A stretch of 64,000 bases of DNA from an uncultured delta proteobacterium (GTDB lineage Bacteria > Myxococcota > Kuafuiibacteriia > Kuafuiibacteriales > Kuafuiibacteriaceae), in the NCBI GenBank assembly GCA_963803435.1, contig CAWDML010000012.1, forward strand, positions 32,001-96,000. The letters are read 5' to 3'. Made by a program: the position numbers and the translations under genes. The notes beneath the pieces are model-generated. The model was not told the origin of the DNA, did no database searches, and was given only the letters and a program-made list of their open reading frames with translations. This document shows positions 32,130-43,271 of this stretch, one piece after another (positions within the stretch are counted from its first letter, which is position 1; each line of letters begins with the position of its first letter).

Positions 32130-34580
32130 ATGGTAGCGGCGGGGCAGGATCTACTGATCGTATCGGCCGGCTCGAAGGAGGCGGCGATCATCGACGAGGA
32201 GCTCAGCCTCCTCGCGAAAGTCCAGCGACAGCTGGCGGAGGACTCGCTCAACCGGATGCCGCAGACCGAGTACGACCGGGAGCTCCTGGCGCTCCGGGAC
32301 CAGATCGCGGAGGCGCACGTCGAGGACATGGCGCCGCTGATCGCGGAGATGTACCGGATGCAGGCGCTCGGGGCGGCGAACGGCAAGGGGCAGAGCCTTC
32401 CGGTGGACGTGAAGTGTCCGTACTTCGGTCACCTCAAGCTGAAGGACGGCCCGAAGGTGCGCGACGTCCTGATCGGGAACCGCGGCTTCGTAAAGCCCGG
32501 GTCGCAGCCCATCGTGGACTGGCGCAACGCGCCGGTGTCGCGGATCTACTACTGCTACGACGAGGGCGACGACTACGACGAGAACTTCGGCGGCCGTCCG
32601 GTCCAGGGCACCGTCGAGGCCCGGCGCACCGTCGGGATCGTCAACGGCGAGCTCCGGCGGGTCACCTGGTCGACGGGCGCGGTGGCGCGCCGCGGCGACG
32701 GCAAGTGGGTGCTCATCCCGGTCGACGCGCGGCCCACGCTCCAGGGCGGCGCCGGTGTAGCGGTACGCCCGCCACCGCTGGGCGAGGCCCCGCACAAGTT
32801 TGCGCCGGGCAACCTGGGCGTGGTGGGCGACGAGTCGCTGCGCGACGACAAGCACCTGCGCGAGATCACTGCGCTGATCGATCCGAAGCAGTTCGATCTG
32901 ATCACGCAGCCGGACAGCGGCATCGTGATCCTCCAGGGCGGCGCCGGGAGCGGCAAGACCACCGTCGCGCTCCATCGTGCGGCCTATCTGCACTACGCGA
33001 ACCCGTCGGTCTTCACGCCGAAGAAGATGGCGGTGGTGGTGAAGAGCGAGCCGCTGACCGAGTACATCGCGCGCGTGCTGCCGTCGCTGGACGTCTCCGG
33101 CACGCCGGTGGTGACGCTCAAGGAGTGGATGCACCGGACGCGGAAGAAGGTGCTGCCCGAGGTGAAGCGAAAGTACACCTCGGACGTTCCGGCAGCAGTG
33201 TCGCGGCTCAAGAAGCACCCGGCGGTGCTCAAGATGCTGGAGCTGGGCGTCGAGCGCGACGCGGACGAGATCCTGACGGCGATGATGGAGCGGACGCCGA
33301 ACGAGCAGACGGCCAAGGCGGTGCGAAACCGCTGGAAGCAGCTGGCGCGGCTGGCGCTCCTGCCCCGGCTCCGCGAGATGTCGAAGTGGCTCGAGGGGCC
33401 GCAGGCGGAGCGCCACGGCCTCGACGCCAAGGCCGTCGCGGCGGTGCAGGGCGTCCTGCGGCGGACGCGCTCGGCCCACGACGATCTCCTGGATGCCTGG
33501 GCGGCGATGCTCACCGACGAGCCGCTGCTCCGCACGGCGTTCGAGAGGCACGCCAAGGATCCGCCGACCGAGGAGGAGCTGGCGGAGCTGATCCGCTGGG
33601 TCAGCGCCCAGGCGGAGGAGGAGCCCGAGAAGGACGAGGAGGACGAGGAGCCCGAGCCTTCCAGCAGCGATCCGGACACGGAGTCCGAGCCCATCGAGTC
33701 GCGCGGCGACGATGATCCCGGCGATCATCGGATGGGCGTGGACGGCCGGGCGCTCGAAGAGGACTCGCCGGTGGGCAAGCTCGACGAGCACGACGACGCG
33801 CTTCTGCTCAAGCTCACGCAGCTGAAGTACGGCGGGCTCCCGATCGCAGGGAGCCAGCGGACCGTCAGCTACGAGCACATCGTGGTGGACGAGGCCCAGG
33901 ACCTCTCACCGACGGACATCGCCGTGCTCCGCGGCGCGCTGACGAAGCGAGAGAGCATGACGCTGGCGGGCGACACGGCTCAGAAGTTGATCTTCGACAA
34001 CGGCTTCGAGGACTGGGAGACAATGCTTCGCGACGTCGGCGTCGAGGGCGTGAAGATCGATCAGCTCAAGATCAGCTATCGATCGACCAAGCCGATCGTC
34101 GACTTTTCGCGGCACGTCCTGGGGCCGCTCGCGGATCCGACGGAGCCGATCGTCCCGCGCACCGGCGCGCCGGTGGAGCAGTTCCTCTTCGGATCGACCG
34201 GCGAGGCGATCGCGTTCTTGGGCGAATCGTTGCGCTCGCTGGTGGTGCGGGAGAAGAAGGCGAACGTGGCGATCGTGGCCCGCTTCGGCGCGCAGGCCGA
34301 CATCTACTACTCGGGGCTGAAGAAGGCCGAGGTCCCGGCGCTCCGGCGCATCTATGGCAAGGAGTTCAGCTTCCTCCCGGGCATCGACGTGGTCGATGTG
34401 GCCCAGATCAAGGGGCTCGAGTACGACTACATCATCCTGGCGGAGGTGAACGCGAATACCTTCCCGGAAGCGAAGGAAGCGCGGCATCTCCTCCACATCG
34501 CCGCCACCCGCGCCGTGCATCAGCTCTGGGTGACCTCGGTGGGCGATCCGTCGCCGCTCCTGCCTCCCCAGGCGTTCTAG
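32130..34580 (+). CDS. HelD-like SF1 ATPase (RNA polymerase recycling family)
   Basis: [62 protein letters not shown]. Confidence 0.8.
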   Translation: MVAAGQDLLIVSAGSKEAAIIDEELSLLAKVQRQLAEDSLNRMPQTEYDRELLALRDQIAEAHVEDMAPLIAEMYRMQALGAANGKGQSLPVDVKCPYFGHLKLKDGPKVRDVLIGNRGFVKPGSQPIVDWRNAPVSRIYYCYDEGDDYDENFGGRPVQGTVEARRTVGIVNGELRRVTWSTGAVARRGDGKWVLIPVDARPTLQGGAGVAVRPPPLGEAPHKFAPGNLGVVGDESLRDDKHLREITALIDPKQFDLITQPDSGIVILQGGAGSGKTTVALHRAAYLHYANPSVFTPKKMAVVVKSEPLTEYIARVLPSLDVSGTPVVTLKEWMHRTRKKVLPEVKRKYTSDVPAAVSRLKKHPAVLKMLELGVERDADEILTAMMERTPNEQTAKAVRNRWKQLARLALLPRLREMSKWLEGPQAERHGLDAKAVAAVQGVLRRTRSAHDDLLDAWAAMLTDEPLLRTAFERHAKDPPTEEELAELIRWVSAQAEEEPEKDEEDEEPEPSSSDPDTESEPIESRGDDDPGDHRMGVDGRALEEDSPVGKLDEHDDALLLKLTQLKYGGLPIAGSQRTVSYEHIVVDEAQDLSPTDIAVLRGALTKRESMTLAGDTAQKLIFDNGFEDWETMLRDVGVEGVKIDQLKISYRSTKPIVDFSRHVLGPLADPTEPIVPRTGAPVEQFLFGSTGEAIAFLGESLRSLVVREKKANVAIVARFGAQADIYYSGLKKAEVPALRRIYGKEFSFLPGIDVVDVAQIKGLEYDYIILAEVNANTFPEAKEARHLLHIAATRAVHQLWVTSVGDPSPLLPPQAF

Positions 34581-34581
34581 G

Positions 34582-35436
34582 TTGACTCGGCTCGGCTTTA
34601 GACGTTTCACCAAGCGCGTGAGCCTAGTCCCGATTGCCATCGTCTTCGTCTTTCTGGCGCTGTTCATCATGAGCGGTGTCCGCGTGATCAAGGAGTATGA
34701 GCGAGGGGTCATCCTCCGTCTCGGTAGCTTCACCGGGACGCCCCGCGGGCCGGGGCTCAACTGGATCATCCCGATCCTCGACCGCATGTTCGTCGTCGAC
34801 ATGCGCGTCATCGCGCGGGACGTGCCGCCCCAGGACGTGATCACCCGGGACAACGTCTCGGTGAAGGTGAACGCGGTGATCTACTTCCGGGTGGTGCACC
34901 CGGACAAGGCGGTGCTGAACGTCGAGAATTATCTCTACGCCACCAGCCAGTACGCGCAGACCACGCTCCGGGCGATCCTCGGTCAGGTCGACCTCGACGA
35001 CCTCCTGTCCGAGCGCGAGCGGATCAACCAAGAGCTGCAGGAGGTGATCGACCGCCACACCGACCCGTGGGGCGTGAAGGTGACCAGCGTCGAGGTCAAG
35101 CACGTCGACCTGCCGCCGGACATGCAGCGCGCCATGGCCAAGCAGGCCGAGGCCGAGCGTGAACGACGCGCCAAGATCATCGCCGCCGAAGGCGAGCTGC
35201 AGGCCTCGCAGCACCTCTCGGAGGCCGCCGTGAAGCTGGCGACGGCGCCGGGTGCGATGACCCTGCGCTATCTCCAGACGCTCCGGGAGATCGCGGTGGA
35301 GAACAGCTCGACGACGGTCTTCCCCATCCCGATCGACCTGCTGCGCGGTCTGGAGAGCCTGGCCAACCTGCCGAGGTTCCTCCAGGCGCGCGGCGACGAA
35401 ACCACCGCCGCGTCGCCGCCGGCCAAAGACGTGTGA
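34582..35436 (+). CDS. SPFH/band-7 (slipin/stomatin) protein
   Basis: [51 protein letters not shown]; start approximate. Confidence 0.92.
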   Translation: MTRLGFRRFTKRVSLVPIAIVFVFLALFIMSGVRVIKEYERGVILRLGSFTGTPRGPGLNWIIPILDRMFVVDMRVIARDVPPQDVITRDNVSVKVNAVIYFRVVHPDKAVLNVENYLYATSQYAQTTLRAILGQVDLDDLLSERERINQELQEVIDRHTDPWGVKVTSVEVKHVDLPPDMQRAMAKQAEAERERRAKIIAAEGELQASQHLSEAAVKLATAPGAMTLRYLQTLREIAVENSSTTVFPIPIDLLRGLESLANLPRFLQARGDETTAASPPAKDV

Positions 35437-36563
35437 CTCGCCCCTATCCCCATCCCTCGCGGGAAGGCACGCCCTTCGCCCGGATCACCGACGCCGAGTT
35501 CGGGTCCTGGGCGTGGCAGGTCAAGCACCGCATCGACGACGCGGCCACCCTGGGCGCGATCCTGACCCTCAGCCAGGAGGAGCGGCTCGGCCTGGAGCGC
35601 ACCCGCGGCGTCTTTCGCTTCGGCGTCACGCCGTACTACGCGCTGCTGGCCGACCGCACCGATCCGGCCTGCCCCATCCGGCGTCAGCTCGTGCCGCGGA
35701 TCGAGGAGGCGGAATACCGGCGCGACGAGCTCGCCGACCCGCTCGGCGAGGAGCCGCGGGAGGTCGTGCCGAACCTGATCCACCGCTATCCCGACCGCGC
35801 GCTGCTGCTCTCGACCGATCGCTGTCCCGTCTACTGCCGCTTCTGTACCCGCAGGCGCATCGTCGGCCGCCTCGAGCGCCAGGCGACGCGCAGCCTCCTC
35901 GAGGAGGCGTTCGAGTACGTCCGGAACACGCCCTCGATCCGGGAGGTGATCGTCTCGGGCGGCGACGCCCTCATGCTCGGCGACCAGCAGCTCGAGCACA
36001 TCCTGAGCGAGCTGCGGAGAGCACCGCACGTCGACATCATCCGCATCGCGACGCGCATGCCGGTGACGTGTCCGATGCGGGTCACAGACGCGCTCGTCAC
36101 GGTGCTCGCGCGCCACCAGCCGGTGTTCGTGATGACGCACTTCAATCACCCGCTCGAGCACACGGAAGACGCGCAGGCGGCGTGCGCGCGGATGGTCGAC
36201 GCGGGGCTTCCCGTCTACAACCAGTCGGTCCTGCTCAAGGGTGTAAACGACAACGTCGAAGTGATCCGCGAGCTGAACCGCCGTCTCGTGTTCATGCGGG
36301 TGACGCCCTACTACCTGCATCAGTGCGACCTGGCCCAGGGTATCGAGCACTTTCGCACCCCGCTCGAGGTCGGCGTCTCGATCATCGACGGGCTCCGCGG
36401 TCACGTGAGCGGCCTGATGGTGCCGCAGCTCTGCGTGGACGTGCCGGGCGGGCTGGGGAAGGTGACCGTGGTGCCGGAGTGGATCGTGAAGCGTGAGGGA
36501 CGATCCACGACGTTCCGCACGTATTCGGGTCAAACCGCGGAGTATCTCGATCCGATCGATTGA
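35433..36563 (+). CDS. KamA-family radical SAM protein (lysine 2,3-aminomutase/EpmB-like)
   Basis: [44 protein letters not shown] (PLP Lys). Confidence 0.9.
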   Translation: MTRPYPHPSREGTPFARITDAEFGSWAWQVKHRIDDAATLGAILTLSQEERLGLERTRGVFRFGVTPYYALLADRTDPACPIRRQLVPRIEEAEYRRDELADPLGEEPREVVPNLIHRYPDRALLLSTDRCPVYCRFCTRRRIVGRLERQATRSLLEEAFEYVRNTPSIREVIVSGGDALMLGDQQLEHILSELRRAPHVDIIRIATRMPVTCPMRVTDALVTVLARHQPVFVMTHFNHPLEHTEDAQAACARMVDAGLPVYNQSVLLKGVNDNVEVIRELNRRLVFMRVTPYYLHQCDLAQGIEHFRTPLEVGVSIIDGLRGHVSGLMVPQLCVDVPGGLGKVTVVPEWIVKREGRSTTFRTYSGQTAEYLDPID

Positions 36564-36596
36564 CAGGAATCCTCAGCCGATAGAGAGGCGATTCGA

Positions 36597-36878
36597 ATGA
36601 CGAAGCAAGAGCTCATCGAGAGGCTACAAAAGGGAGCCGGGAAGAACCTTTCGAAGAAAGCGCTCTGCGACATCGTCGACGAGGTGTTCGCGTTGATCTC
36701 GAAGTCGGTCAAGAAGGACAAGCGCTTCGTCTATCCCGGCTTCGGGACGTTCATGCTCAAGAAGCGGGCCGCGCGCATCGGCCGCAACCCCCGCACCAAC
36801 ACCGAGGTCCGGATCCCGGTGACCCGAACGATCACGTTCAAGCCGGCCCCGAACCTGAAGAGCTCGCTGCAGAGCTGA
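36597..36878 (+). CDS. HU/IHF family DNA-binding protein
   Basis: MTKQELIE, GFGTF, ARIGRNPRT, FKPA. Confidence 0.93.
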   Translation: MTKQELIERLQKGAGKNLSKKALCDIVDEVFALISKSVKKDKRFVYPGFGTFMLKKRAARIGRNPRTNTEVRIPVTRTITFKPAPNLKSSLQS

Positions 36879-36964
36879 TCGCCGAAGGCTCGAAACGAAG
36901 AACAAACCAGGGCTTCGCTCCGCTTCCTCAACCTCTCGGAGGGATCGTTGAGCGAGACCGACGA

Positions 36965-38335
36965 CTATCTGCTCCTTTGTCGCAAAGACCTCGGCTCGCC
37001 GGACTTCGAGCCGAGGAGCGGCGCGGTCTTCTTCTTACTCTTCGTCTTCTCCGGGACCGCGCTCTGCTCGAGCGCGAACGCCGCGTCCCTCTTCATCCGC
37101 TCGGCCAGCGCCTGGATCGAGGCCGGCGGGACGTACGGCGGTGGCACTGCGACGCGCTGCTCTTGCGGCGGCGGGACCTTCGGGAGGGCCGGCGCGGGCG
37201 AGACCCGATCGTGCGCGACCCAGGCGCCCCCGCCGAGGAGCAGCGCCGCCGAGACCGCTGAAACCGCCCACGCGAGCGGGCGGCGCCGGTTGGCCAGCGC
37301 CGACTCGAGCTTGTCGGCGAAGGCCAGCACGGTCGCTGGGCGATGGGAGGGATCGCGGCGCAGGGCAGCCAGCACGGCGCGATCGGCGGCCCGACCCACG
37401 CGCGCCAGCTCGCTGGGCGGCTCGAACGCGCCGATCGGGAGGCGTCCGGTGAGCAGCTCGTAGGCGACCACGCCGAGCGCGTAGACGTCGGCGCGATGAT
37501 CGATCTCGGACGCGTCGATCCGCTGCTCCGGGGACATGTAGTTGATGGTTCCCAGCACCAGGCTCGAGCTGGTGAGACTGGTCAGCGTGTAGTTGGAGCT
37601 GGCGAGCTGCGCGACGCCGAAGTCGACGACCTTCACGCGGCCGTCCTTCGCCGGGTCGCCCTGGACGAGGATGTTCGCCGGCTTCACGTCGCGGTGCACG
37701 ATCCCATTGGCGTGCGCGTAGGAGAGTCCGGCGGCGGCCTGCTTGACGATCGCGGCGGCGGTGGCCGGTGCGACGGCGCCGCGCGCCATCAGGCTGCGCA
37801 GGTCCTCGCCGAAGAACCGCTCCATCACGAAGTAGTAGTGCGCGTCTCGGTCGGCAGGATGCTCGCCGCGCGCATAGACCTCGATCAGGTTCGCGTGGTG
37901 GAGCTTGGTGAGCGCGTCGGCTTCGCGCCGGAAGCGCTCGACGAACTGCGAGTCGTGGGTGAACGCGGGCGAGAGGACCTTGACGGCGGCGATCTCGGGC
38001 CCCGCGAAGGCGGCCGTCTCGGTTCGCTCCGCCTCGTAGACGGTGCCCATGCCGCCGCCGCCGAGGATCGCGCGCAGCCGGTAGCCACCGAGCTCGACGC
38101 CGAGGAGCGCGGCGGGATCCGAGGTGGCACCGGCGTTGGCTCCCGGCCGGGTCTCCATCGCGGTGAGCGTGGCGCGCGCGCCGCACTCGGGGCAGCCGAC
38201 CTCGAGCGAGCCGGCCGGCACCTCGAATCCATGGCCACACGCGTTACAAAGGATCTTCAAGCTCGTGGAGATGATCTCACGGGTTGCGCGCAGATCGGAA
38301 GAGCCGTGGACTCTCGTTCGAGCGTGGCACGTCAT
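36965..38335 (-). CDS. Ser/Thr protein kinase with N-terminal zinc ribbon and a TM helix
   Basis: CNAC...CPEC; GGGGMGTV, AVK, HRDVKPAN, DFG, SPEQ; start uncertain. Confidence 0.9.
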   Translation of the reverse strand: MTCHARTRVHGSSDLRATREIISTSLKILCNACGHGFEVPAGSLEVGCPECGARATLTAMETRPGANAGATSDPAALLGVELGGYRLRAILGGGGMGTVYEAERTETAAFAGPEIAAVKVLSPAFTHDSQFVERFRREADALTKLHHANLIEVYARGEHPADRDAHYYFVMERFFGEDLRSLMARGAVAPATAAAIVKQAAAGLSYAHANGIVHRDVKPANILVQGDPAKDGRVKVVDFGVAQLASSNYTLTSLTSSSLVLGTINYMSPEQRIDASEIDHRADVYALGVVAYELLTGRLPIGAFEPPSELARVGRAADRAVLAALRRDPSHRPATVLAFADKLESALANRRRPLAWAVSAVSAALLLGGGAWVAHDRVSPAPALPKVPPPQEQRVAVPPPYVPPASIQALAERMKRDAAFALEQSAVPEKTKSKKKTAPLLGSKSGEPRSLRQRSR

Positions 38336-38398
38336 CCTAACCGTTGAGGGCGAGTGCGCGCGAACATGCGCGGATCGTCCCTCTCCTATACTCGACGC

Positions 38399-39556
38399 GT
38401 GTCACGAGGACTGCTGCGCCTGGCGGCGCTCACGTTGATCGCCGGTTGTCACGAAGACCTGACGCTGGTCGACGAAGAGGTGCCCGCCGCGGATGCCGCT
38501 GTCGTCGTCCTCGACGCGGCGGAGACGATGCTCGACGCAGCCGCGCCCAAGGACGCGGGCCCGGCCCTCCCGGACGCGGCGATCGACGAGGACGGCGGGA
38601 CGCTCGGGGATGGCGGCGCCGCGCCCGACGCCGGCGATGATCCCGACCCCGGCAACAGCTGCGTTTGGGACGGCGACCCCTTCGACCCGGCGGCGCTCGA
38701 GGCCGAGGTGACCTACCTGGCTTCGGACCAGCTCGAGGGCCGCGCCCCCGAGACTCCCGGAGACATCGCTGCGCGCACGCAGATCGAGGACCGATTCCGC
38801 TGCCTCGGCCTCACGTCGGCCCAGCCCGACGGGACCTACCAGCAGCCCTTCGTCACCTCCGACGGTCGAAACACCGCGAACGTGGTCGCCTACGTGCCGG
38901 GGAGCGATCCGGCCGTGGCCGACGACCTCCTGGTCGTGGGCGCCCATCACGATCACCTCGGTGTGCGGCGCGGCCAGATCTACAACGGCGCCAACGACAA
39001 CGCCTCGGGCGTGGCCGCCGTCCTCGCCGTGGCGCAGGCGCTCCGCCAGCGCGCCGTTCCGCTCCGCCGGACGGTCGTGTTCATCACCTTCGGCTTCGAG
39101 GAGCACGTCGGGGAGTGCGAGGGCTCGAAGTATTACGTCGCCCACGCTCCGGCGGCGCTCCCGATCGATCGCGTCGTCTACATGATCAACCTCGATATGG
39201 TGGGCACGTATCAATACCACGACCTCTCGGCCTACGGCGCCTACGCTGGAACGCCCGGGCGCACCACGCTGGAGTCCCTGCTCGTGTCTCATCCCGAGCT
39301 GACCTTCGATCTCGACGCGGAGGCCGACGTGGACGACTCCGACTTCCAGGCGTTCTGCAACCAGGGCGTCCCGTACGTGTACTTCGAGACCTGGGACGAC
39401 GATTGCTACCACTCCGCATGTGACGACGCCGGGCGGCTCGACTATGGACACATGGCGGAGATCGCGGACCTGGCGACCGAGCTAATCGTCGCGCTCGCCG
39501 ACGGGACCACCGATCTCGCGGCAGCGCGGGCGCAGATCGGATGCCTCGGACCCTGA
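38399..39556 (+). CDS. M28 family peptidase lipoprotein
   Basis: Lipobox IAGC; GAHHDH, GANDNASG, FEE, NLDMVG, YH. Confidence 0.9.
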   Translation: MSRGLLRLAALTLIAGCHEDLTLVDEEVPAADAAVVVLDAAETMLDAAAPKDAGPALPDAAIDEDGGTLGDGGAAPDAGDDPDPGNSCVWDGDPFDPAALEAEVTYLASDQLEGRAPETPGDIAARTQIEDRFRCLGLTSAQPDGTYQQPFVTSDGRNTANVVAYVPGSDPAVADDLLVVGAHHDHLGVRRGQIYNGANDNASGVAAVLAVAQALRQRAVPLRRTVVFITFGFEEHVGECEGSKYYVAHAPAALPIDRVVYMINLDMVGTYQYHDLSAYGAYAGTPGRTTLESLLVSHPELTFDLDAEADVDDSDFQAFCNQGVPYVYFETWDDDCYHSACDDAGRLDYGHMAEIADLATELIVALADGTTDLAAARAQIGCLGP

Positions 39557-39759
39557 GAGCGCGTTCCTGGTGACCGCCGAAGAGTTCGCGCCTCTTCGAC
39601 CCACTGCTTCGATCTGGAAGCACGGCTTGATCGCCGTGGCCCTGACCGCGCTCGGTACGGCCGCGTGCTCACGTCCTTCGCCGGCGCCTCCGGAACCCGC
39701 GCAGGAGGCACGGACGATCCGCACACGCTCAACCTCTGTCGGGCGCTCAAGATAACGGC

Positions 39760-40875
39760 TCAGCGCTTCGACGCAGCGATCCCACGCTCGCCGCTCTCGC
39801 GAACCCGAGACGAGGACGCGGCGGCAGCTCTCTCGAAGAGCGGTCGCGCGCGATCCGTCTCTCCGCGATCGAAGAGCAGCCAACCCAGCATCGCAGCGAC
39901 CTCTTCGACGCGCTCCGAGCGCGGGTAACGCTCGAGGAACGTCTCCATCGATCGGATCGCCGGGTCGGGCCGCGAAGCTCGGGCCAGCGAGACGCCCTCG
40001 AAGTAGGCGGCGTCCTCCCGGAGCACGGGATCATCGGTGCGCCTTTGGACCTCGGCAAACTCGGCCGCAGCCGCATCGAACCGACCCGCGCGCAGCGCCG
40101 TCCAGGCGCGCTCGTAGACGCGCGCATCTTCGGCCCCAACGGGGGGCGGCTCCGGCGGGGCCTTCTTGGGTACGAGGGCCACCGCCGGCGGCGGGGGCGG
40201 CTCGGGCGCGGGCGGGGCGGGGCGGTCCCAGCGGTCGCCGGGGCCGAGCAACGCGGCCAGCACGCCGTCCTTTCGCACCTCGACGCGGCCGCGCCGGACG
40301 TTGACCGCCTCGAGACGATCGCCTCGGGCGGTGACCTCGAACCTCGTGCCACGAACCTCGACCTCGCCGTCGCCGCTGACCACGCGAAACCGCTCACCAT
40401 CGTGGAGCGGTTCCACCGAGACTGCGATCGTCCCCTCGATCAACCGGACGATCTCGTCGGGCTGAGCTTCGAGCACGAAAAAGCGAGCAGTGTCGATCGC
40501 GGTGACCCGACCTCGGTGGATCGGAGCCGAGCGATCCTCGATCGTCGATCCGGGCTCCCTCCAGACTGCGGAAACGATCGAGACGGCGACGACGGCGACC
40601 GCGATCGCGATCGCGATCGGGAGCTCGCGACCAGAACGAGGCGGGACACCCAGCGGCGCCCGGGAGAGAAGCGCCGTGCGCAGCTCCTCGTGACGCTCGC
40701 GCGCTTCTGGCGGGAGCGACACCGCCCCCAGCTCGCGCGCGACCTTCGCCAGCGCCTCGATCTCGTCCCATTCGCCGGAGCAGCGCGCACACGACGAGAC
40801 GTGTGCCCTCACACGCGCATCCTCACTCCAGTAGCCGCGTTCGATCTCGTCGGGCCTCGGGCATCGCTCGCTCAT
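39760..40875 (-). CDS. FecR-type anti-sigma factor with N-terminal HxxxCxxC and C-terminal TPR-like domain
   Basis: HVSSCARC, TM helix, VEVRGTRF, V..GRVEV, FLERYP. Confidence 0.82.
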   Translation of the reverse strand: MSERCPRPDEIERGYWSEDARVRAHVSSCARCSGEWDEIEALAKVARELGAVSLPPEARERHEELRTALLSRAPLGVPPRSGRELPIAIAIAVAVVAVSIVSAVWREPGSTIEDRSAPIHRGRVTAIDTARFFVLEAQPDEIVRLIEGTIAVSVEPLHDGERFRVVSGDGEVEVRGTRFEVTARGDRLEAVNVRRGRVEVRKDGVLAALLGPGDRWDRPAPPAPEPPPPPAVALVPKKAPPEPPPVGAEDARVYERAWTALRAGRFDAAAAEFAEVQRRTDDPVLREDAAYFEGVSLARASRPDPAIRSMETFLERYPRSERVEEVAAMLGWLLFDRGETDRARPLFERAAAASSSRVRESGERGIAASKR

Positions 40876-41459
40876 CGGAGACCCTCCAGCAAGGGTCGCA
40901 GCCGCTTGCGGGCTATGTGGAGGCGCTTCCAGATCGTCCCTTCGCGAACGCCGAGCGCTTGCGCGGCTTCCGGGCCGGACATGTCGAGCAGGTAGACCAG
41001 CACGAACACCTCGCGAAGCTTGGGCGGAAGCCGCCCGATCTCGGCGTCGATCTTCTCGCGTCGCTCACGGCGCGCGACCTCCTCGTCGAGCACCGGAGCG
41101 CTGGGCGACGGCTGCGCGAGGAGCGCGACGGCGATCTTTCTCTGCCTGGCGAGCACCCGCAGGTGTCGGCGTACCACGTTCCGCGCGACGCCCAGGATCC
41201 AAGTCCGGACCTGGGAGCCCGCACGAAACCGAGCGGCGATCGCGGGCAGGAGCTCGAACGTGGCCTGGAGCAGGTCGTCCGCGTCCACCACGCTCCCCCC
41301 GAGCATGCGAGCGATGAAGAGACTGACCGCGCGGTGGTGACGATCGAACAGCGCCCCGAGCGCGGCCGACTCGCCGAGCGCGCAGGCGGCGACGAGCGCC
41401 TCGTCCGACATCTCTTCGGTCGAGCCCTCGAGCCTGCGGAACGGGAGGAGCTTCGCCAT
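40872..41459 (-). CDS. ECF RNA polymerase sigma factor
   Basis: SDEALV, DDLLQATF, TWILGVARN, LPPKLREVFVL, EGTIWKRLHIAR. Confidence 0.92.
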   Translation of the reverse strand: MAKLLPFRRLEGSTEEMSDEALVAACALGESAALGALFDRHHRAVSLFIARMLGGSVVDADDLLQATFELLPAIAARFRAGSQVRTWILGVARNVVRRHLRVLARQRKIAVALLAQPSPSAPVLDEEVARRERREKIDAEIGRLPPKLREVFVLVYLLDMSGPEAAQALGVREGTIWKRLHIARKRLRPLLEGLR

Positions 41460-42394
41460 CAGAACCCTCCGAGCTCCAGGGCCAGCACCAGCCATCCGAT
41501 CAGGTGGGGCTCGGCCGCGAGCGGGATGTCGTTGGGGCCGTCTTCCGTCAGACCTTCGAACACCCGCTGTTGCGCGAAGGGTGAGTAGTCTATCTCCACG
41601 TCTAGGCGCAGCGCCCAGCTCGCCGAGAGCGGGAGGCGAGCGCCGAGCTGCGCGCGAACGCGGAGCCCTCCGGTATCGTCGGTGATCCGGTGGCCGTCGA
41701 AGGTGCGCTCGAGATAGGAGAGGCCGAGCCCCAGGCCTGCACCCAGCACGAACGTGAACGGTCCGACACGATCGATCGAGACATCGGCGAACGCAGTGAG
41801 GTCGAAGATCTGTCGGTCCGTCTCGAGGTCCTTCGAGTCTCCCCCTGCCCCGCGGTCGAAGCCGTAGCGAAAGCGTCCGCCGACGCAGACCAGGGACACG
41901 CGGACGCAGCCGCTCAGATCGAGCCCTCCCCAGATCGAGCCGTCGTTTGCCACCCCGGCGGCCGAGCCCAGACCGAGCGCGAACGATCTGCCCTCGGCGG
42001 GCTTGCTCGCGAGCTCGGCGCTCGACGCGCGGTCCGGCGCCTCAGGCACGAACGGTCTCTTCGGCGGGAGCGCGCCGGCGAGGAGGGGCTCGGTCAGATC
42101 GCGTCGCACCCATGACTCCACGATCGTCGCAGCCTGCGCCTCATCCTCGGCGATCCGCCGCCCGCCCGGGCGATCGACCCGAATCCCTCGGCCGATCACG
42201 GCCAAGTGGATCCTCAGCGGCTCACAGCCGTTCGGCGGATCGTTCGGCGCCCCCACCGTGACCCCGCGCGCCTCCAGCAACCGCTCGACGGAGCGCACCA
42301 CCGTCCGATCTCCGTCGAGGGTCGCCTCGGAGGGGCAGGTCTCCGCGGCGACGAGCACGACGAACAGCCCGCCGAGCACAAGCGCGCCGATCAT
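41459..42394 (-). CDS. Putative outer-membrane protein of the ECF cluster
   Basis: Signal peptide, Pro-rich linker, alternating beta-strand C-terminal half ending in F. Confidence 0.65.
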   Translation of the reverse strand: MIGALVLGGLFVVLVAAETCPSEATLDGDRTVVRSVERLLEARGVTVGAPNDPPNGCEPLRIHLAVIGRGIRVDRPGGRRIAEDEAQAATIVESWVRRDLTEPLLAGALPPKRPFVPEAPDRASSAELASKPAEGRSFALGLGSAAGVANDGSIWGGLDLSGCVRVSLVCVGGRFRYGFDRGAGGDSKDLETDRQIFDLTAFADVSIDRVGPFTFVLGAGLGLGLSYLERTFDGHRITDDTGGLRVRAQLGARLPLSASWALRLDVEIDYSPFAQQRVFEGLTEDGPNDIPLAAEPHLIGWLVLALELGGF

Positions 42395-42428
42395 CGCCGC
42401 TCCACGCTCGTACGATGGCCCACCCGCA

Positions 42429-42460
42429 TGAGTGCCGGCAGCTGGGCGAAACCTTCCCGC
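42429..42460 (-). promoter_or_regulatory. Putative ECF promoter GCGGGAAGG-N15-GGCACTCA upstream of the OM-sigma-anti-sigma operon
   Basis: Same motif and spacing as the two copies at 43181-43266. Confidence 0.75.
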
Positions 42461-42470
42461 CCGCCTCCAC

Positions 42471-43166
42471 TCAAGGTGGGGTGAAGTCGGTCAGCTCGGT
42501 CCGGGTCTGGCCCTCGACGTCGACCTCGAGCGTCACGCCGAGCCCTGCGCAATAGTACTTCTCCTCGTCGAGGCCGGGATCGAGCGGCGTGAAGTCGTGG
42601 GTCTTCACGCACCCGGTGAAGCGACCGAAGGGCACCGTGACCGTCTCGTTGACGCTGACGATCTCGGCCATGTCCTCGGCGTGGCACGCGAGGTACTCCT
42701 GGCGGTAGGCGGGCCCCGGCGCCGGTTGGGCCGGCATGATGATCCCGGGCTTCGCGCCGTCGACGCCGGCGGTCCAGCTCCCCTCGTTCGTCACCGGCGT
42801 GCCGTTCTCGTACTCGGCGGTGTCCTCCCCGAAGTACCACACGGTCCCGTCCACATCCTGGGCGTACCAGTCCGTGGTGTCTTCGGTGATCTCGCCGCTG
42901 ACCATCACGGTGTCCCGCACGGCGACAGTGTCGACCCCGGCGATCGGCAGGGTCTCGTCGGTCACGGTGATCTCGATGGTCTCTCCGCCGCCCTCGAACG
43001 TCATCCTGCTTCCAGGCGTCACCGGGAAGAACGGGTTGTCGATCACCGTCGTGAAGCGACCCGGATCGATCGGCGGATCGTACGTCGTATCGACCGTGCA
43101 CGGCGCTTCCGCCTTCGCCCCACAACCCGACAACATCAGGATGACCGCCACTCGAAGTCTGCGCAT
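42471..43166 (-). CDS. Lipoprotein of unknown function
   Basis: MRRLRVAVILMLSGC; IDNPFFP, DWYAQD..G.VWYFGE, SW.AGVDGA.PG, YRQEY, VPFG.F, EKYY. Confidence 0.78.
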   Translation of the reverse strand: MRRLRVAVILMLSGCGAKAEAPCTVDTTYDPPIDPGRFTTVIDNPFFPVTPGSRMTFEGGGETIEITVTDETLPIAGVDTVAVRDTVMVSGEITEDTTDWYAQDVDGTVWYFGEDTAEYENGTPVTNEGSWTAGVDGAKPGIIMPAQPAPGPAYRQEYLACHAEDMAEIVSVNETVTVPFGRFTGCVKTHDFTPLDPGLDEEKYYCAGLGVTLEVDVEGQTRTELTDFTPP

Positions 43167-43180
43167 GGTTGGCACCTCCA

Positions 43181-43215
43181 CCCTGAGTGCCCGGGCCCGA
43201 TCCGCGCCTTCCCTC
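43181..43215 (-). promoter_or_regulatory. Putative ECF promoter GAGGGAAGG-N15-GGCACTCAGGG (leftward)
   Basis: Both boxes are exact inverted twins of those at 43232-43266; followed by GGAGG and the ATG at 43166. Confidence 0.78.
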
Positions 43216-43231
43216 GGCCGCGAGAAAAAAA

Positions 43232-43266
43232 GAGGGAAGGAGACGGAAGCGCCGCGGCACTCAGGG
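43232..43266 (+). promoter_or_regulatory. Putative ECF promoter GAGGGAAGG-N15-GGCACTCAGGG (rightward)
   Basis: Ends 5 nt before the ATG at 43272. Confidence 0.78.
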
Positions 43267-43271
43267 GCCAG

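Noticed and set aside
36558-36597. KamA stop is also GAT-TGA and in frame with the HU gene (possible fusion)
   Set aside because: KamA-family proteins of this length normally end here, and HU has a canonical MTKxELI start with an AGAGG upstream; treated as a real stop
39570-39755. 61-aa ORF with a lipoprotein-like signal (ALGTAAC)
   Set aside because: Too short to support; possibly a truncated remnant
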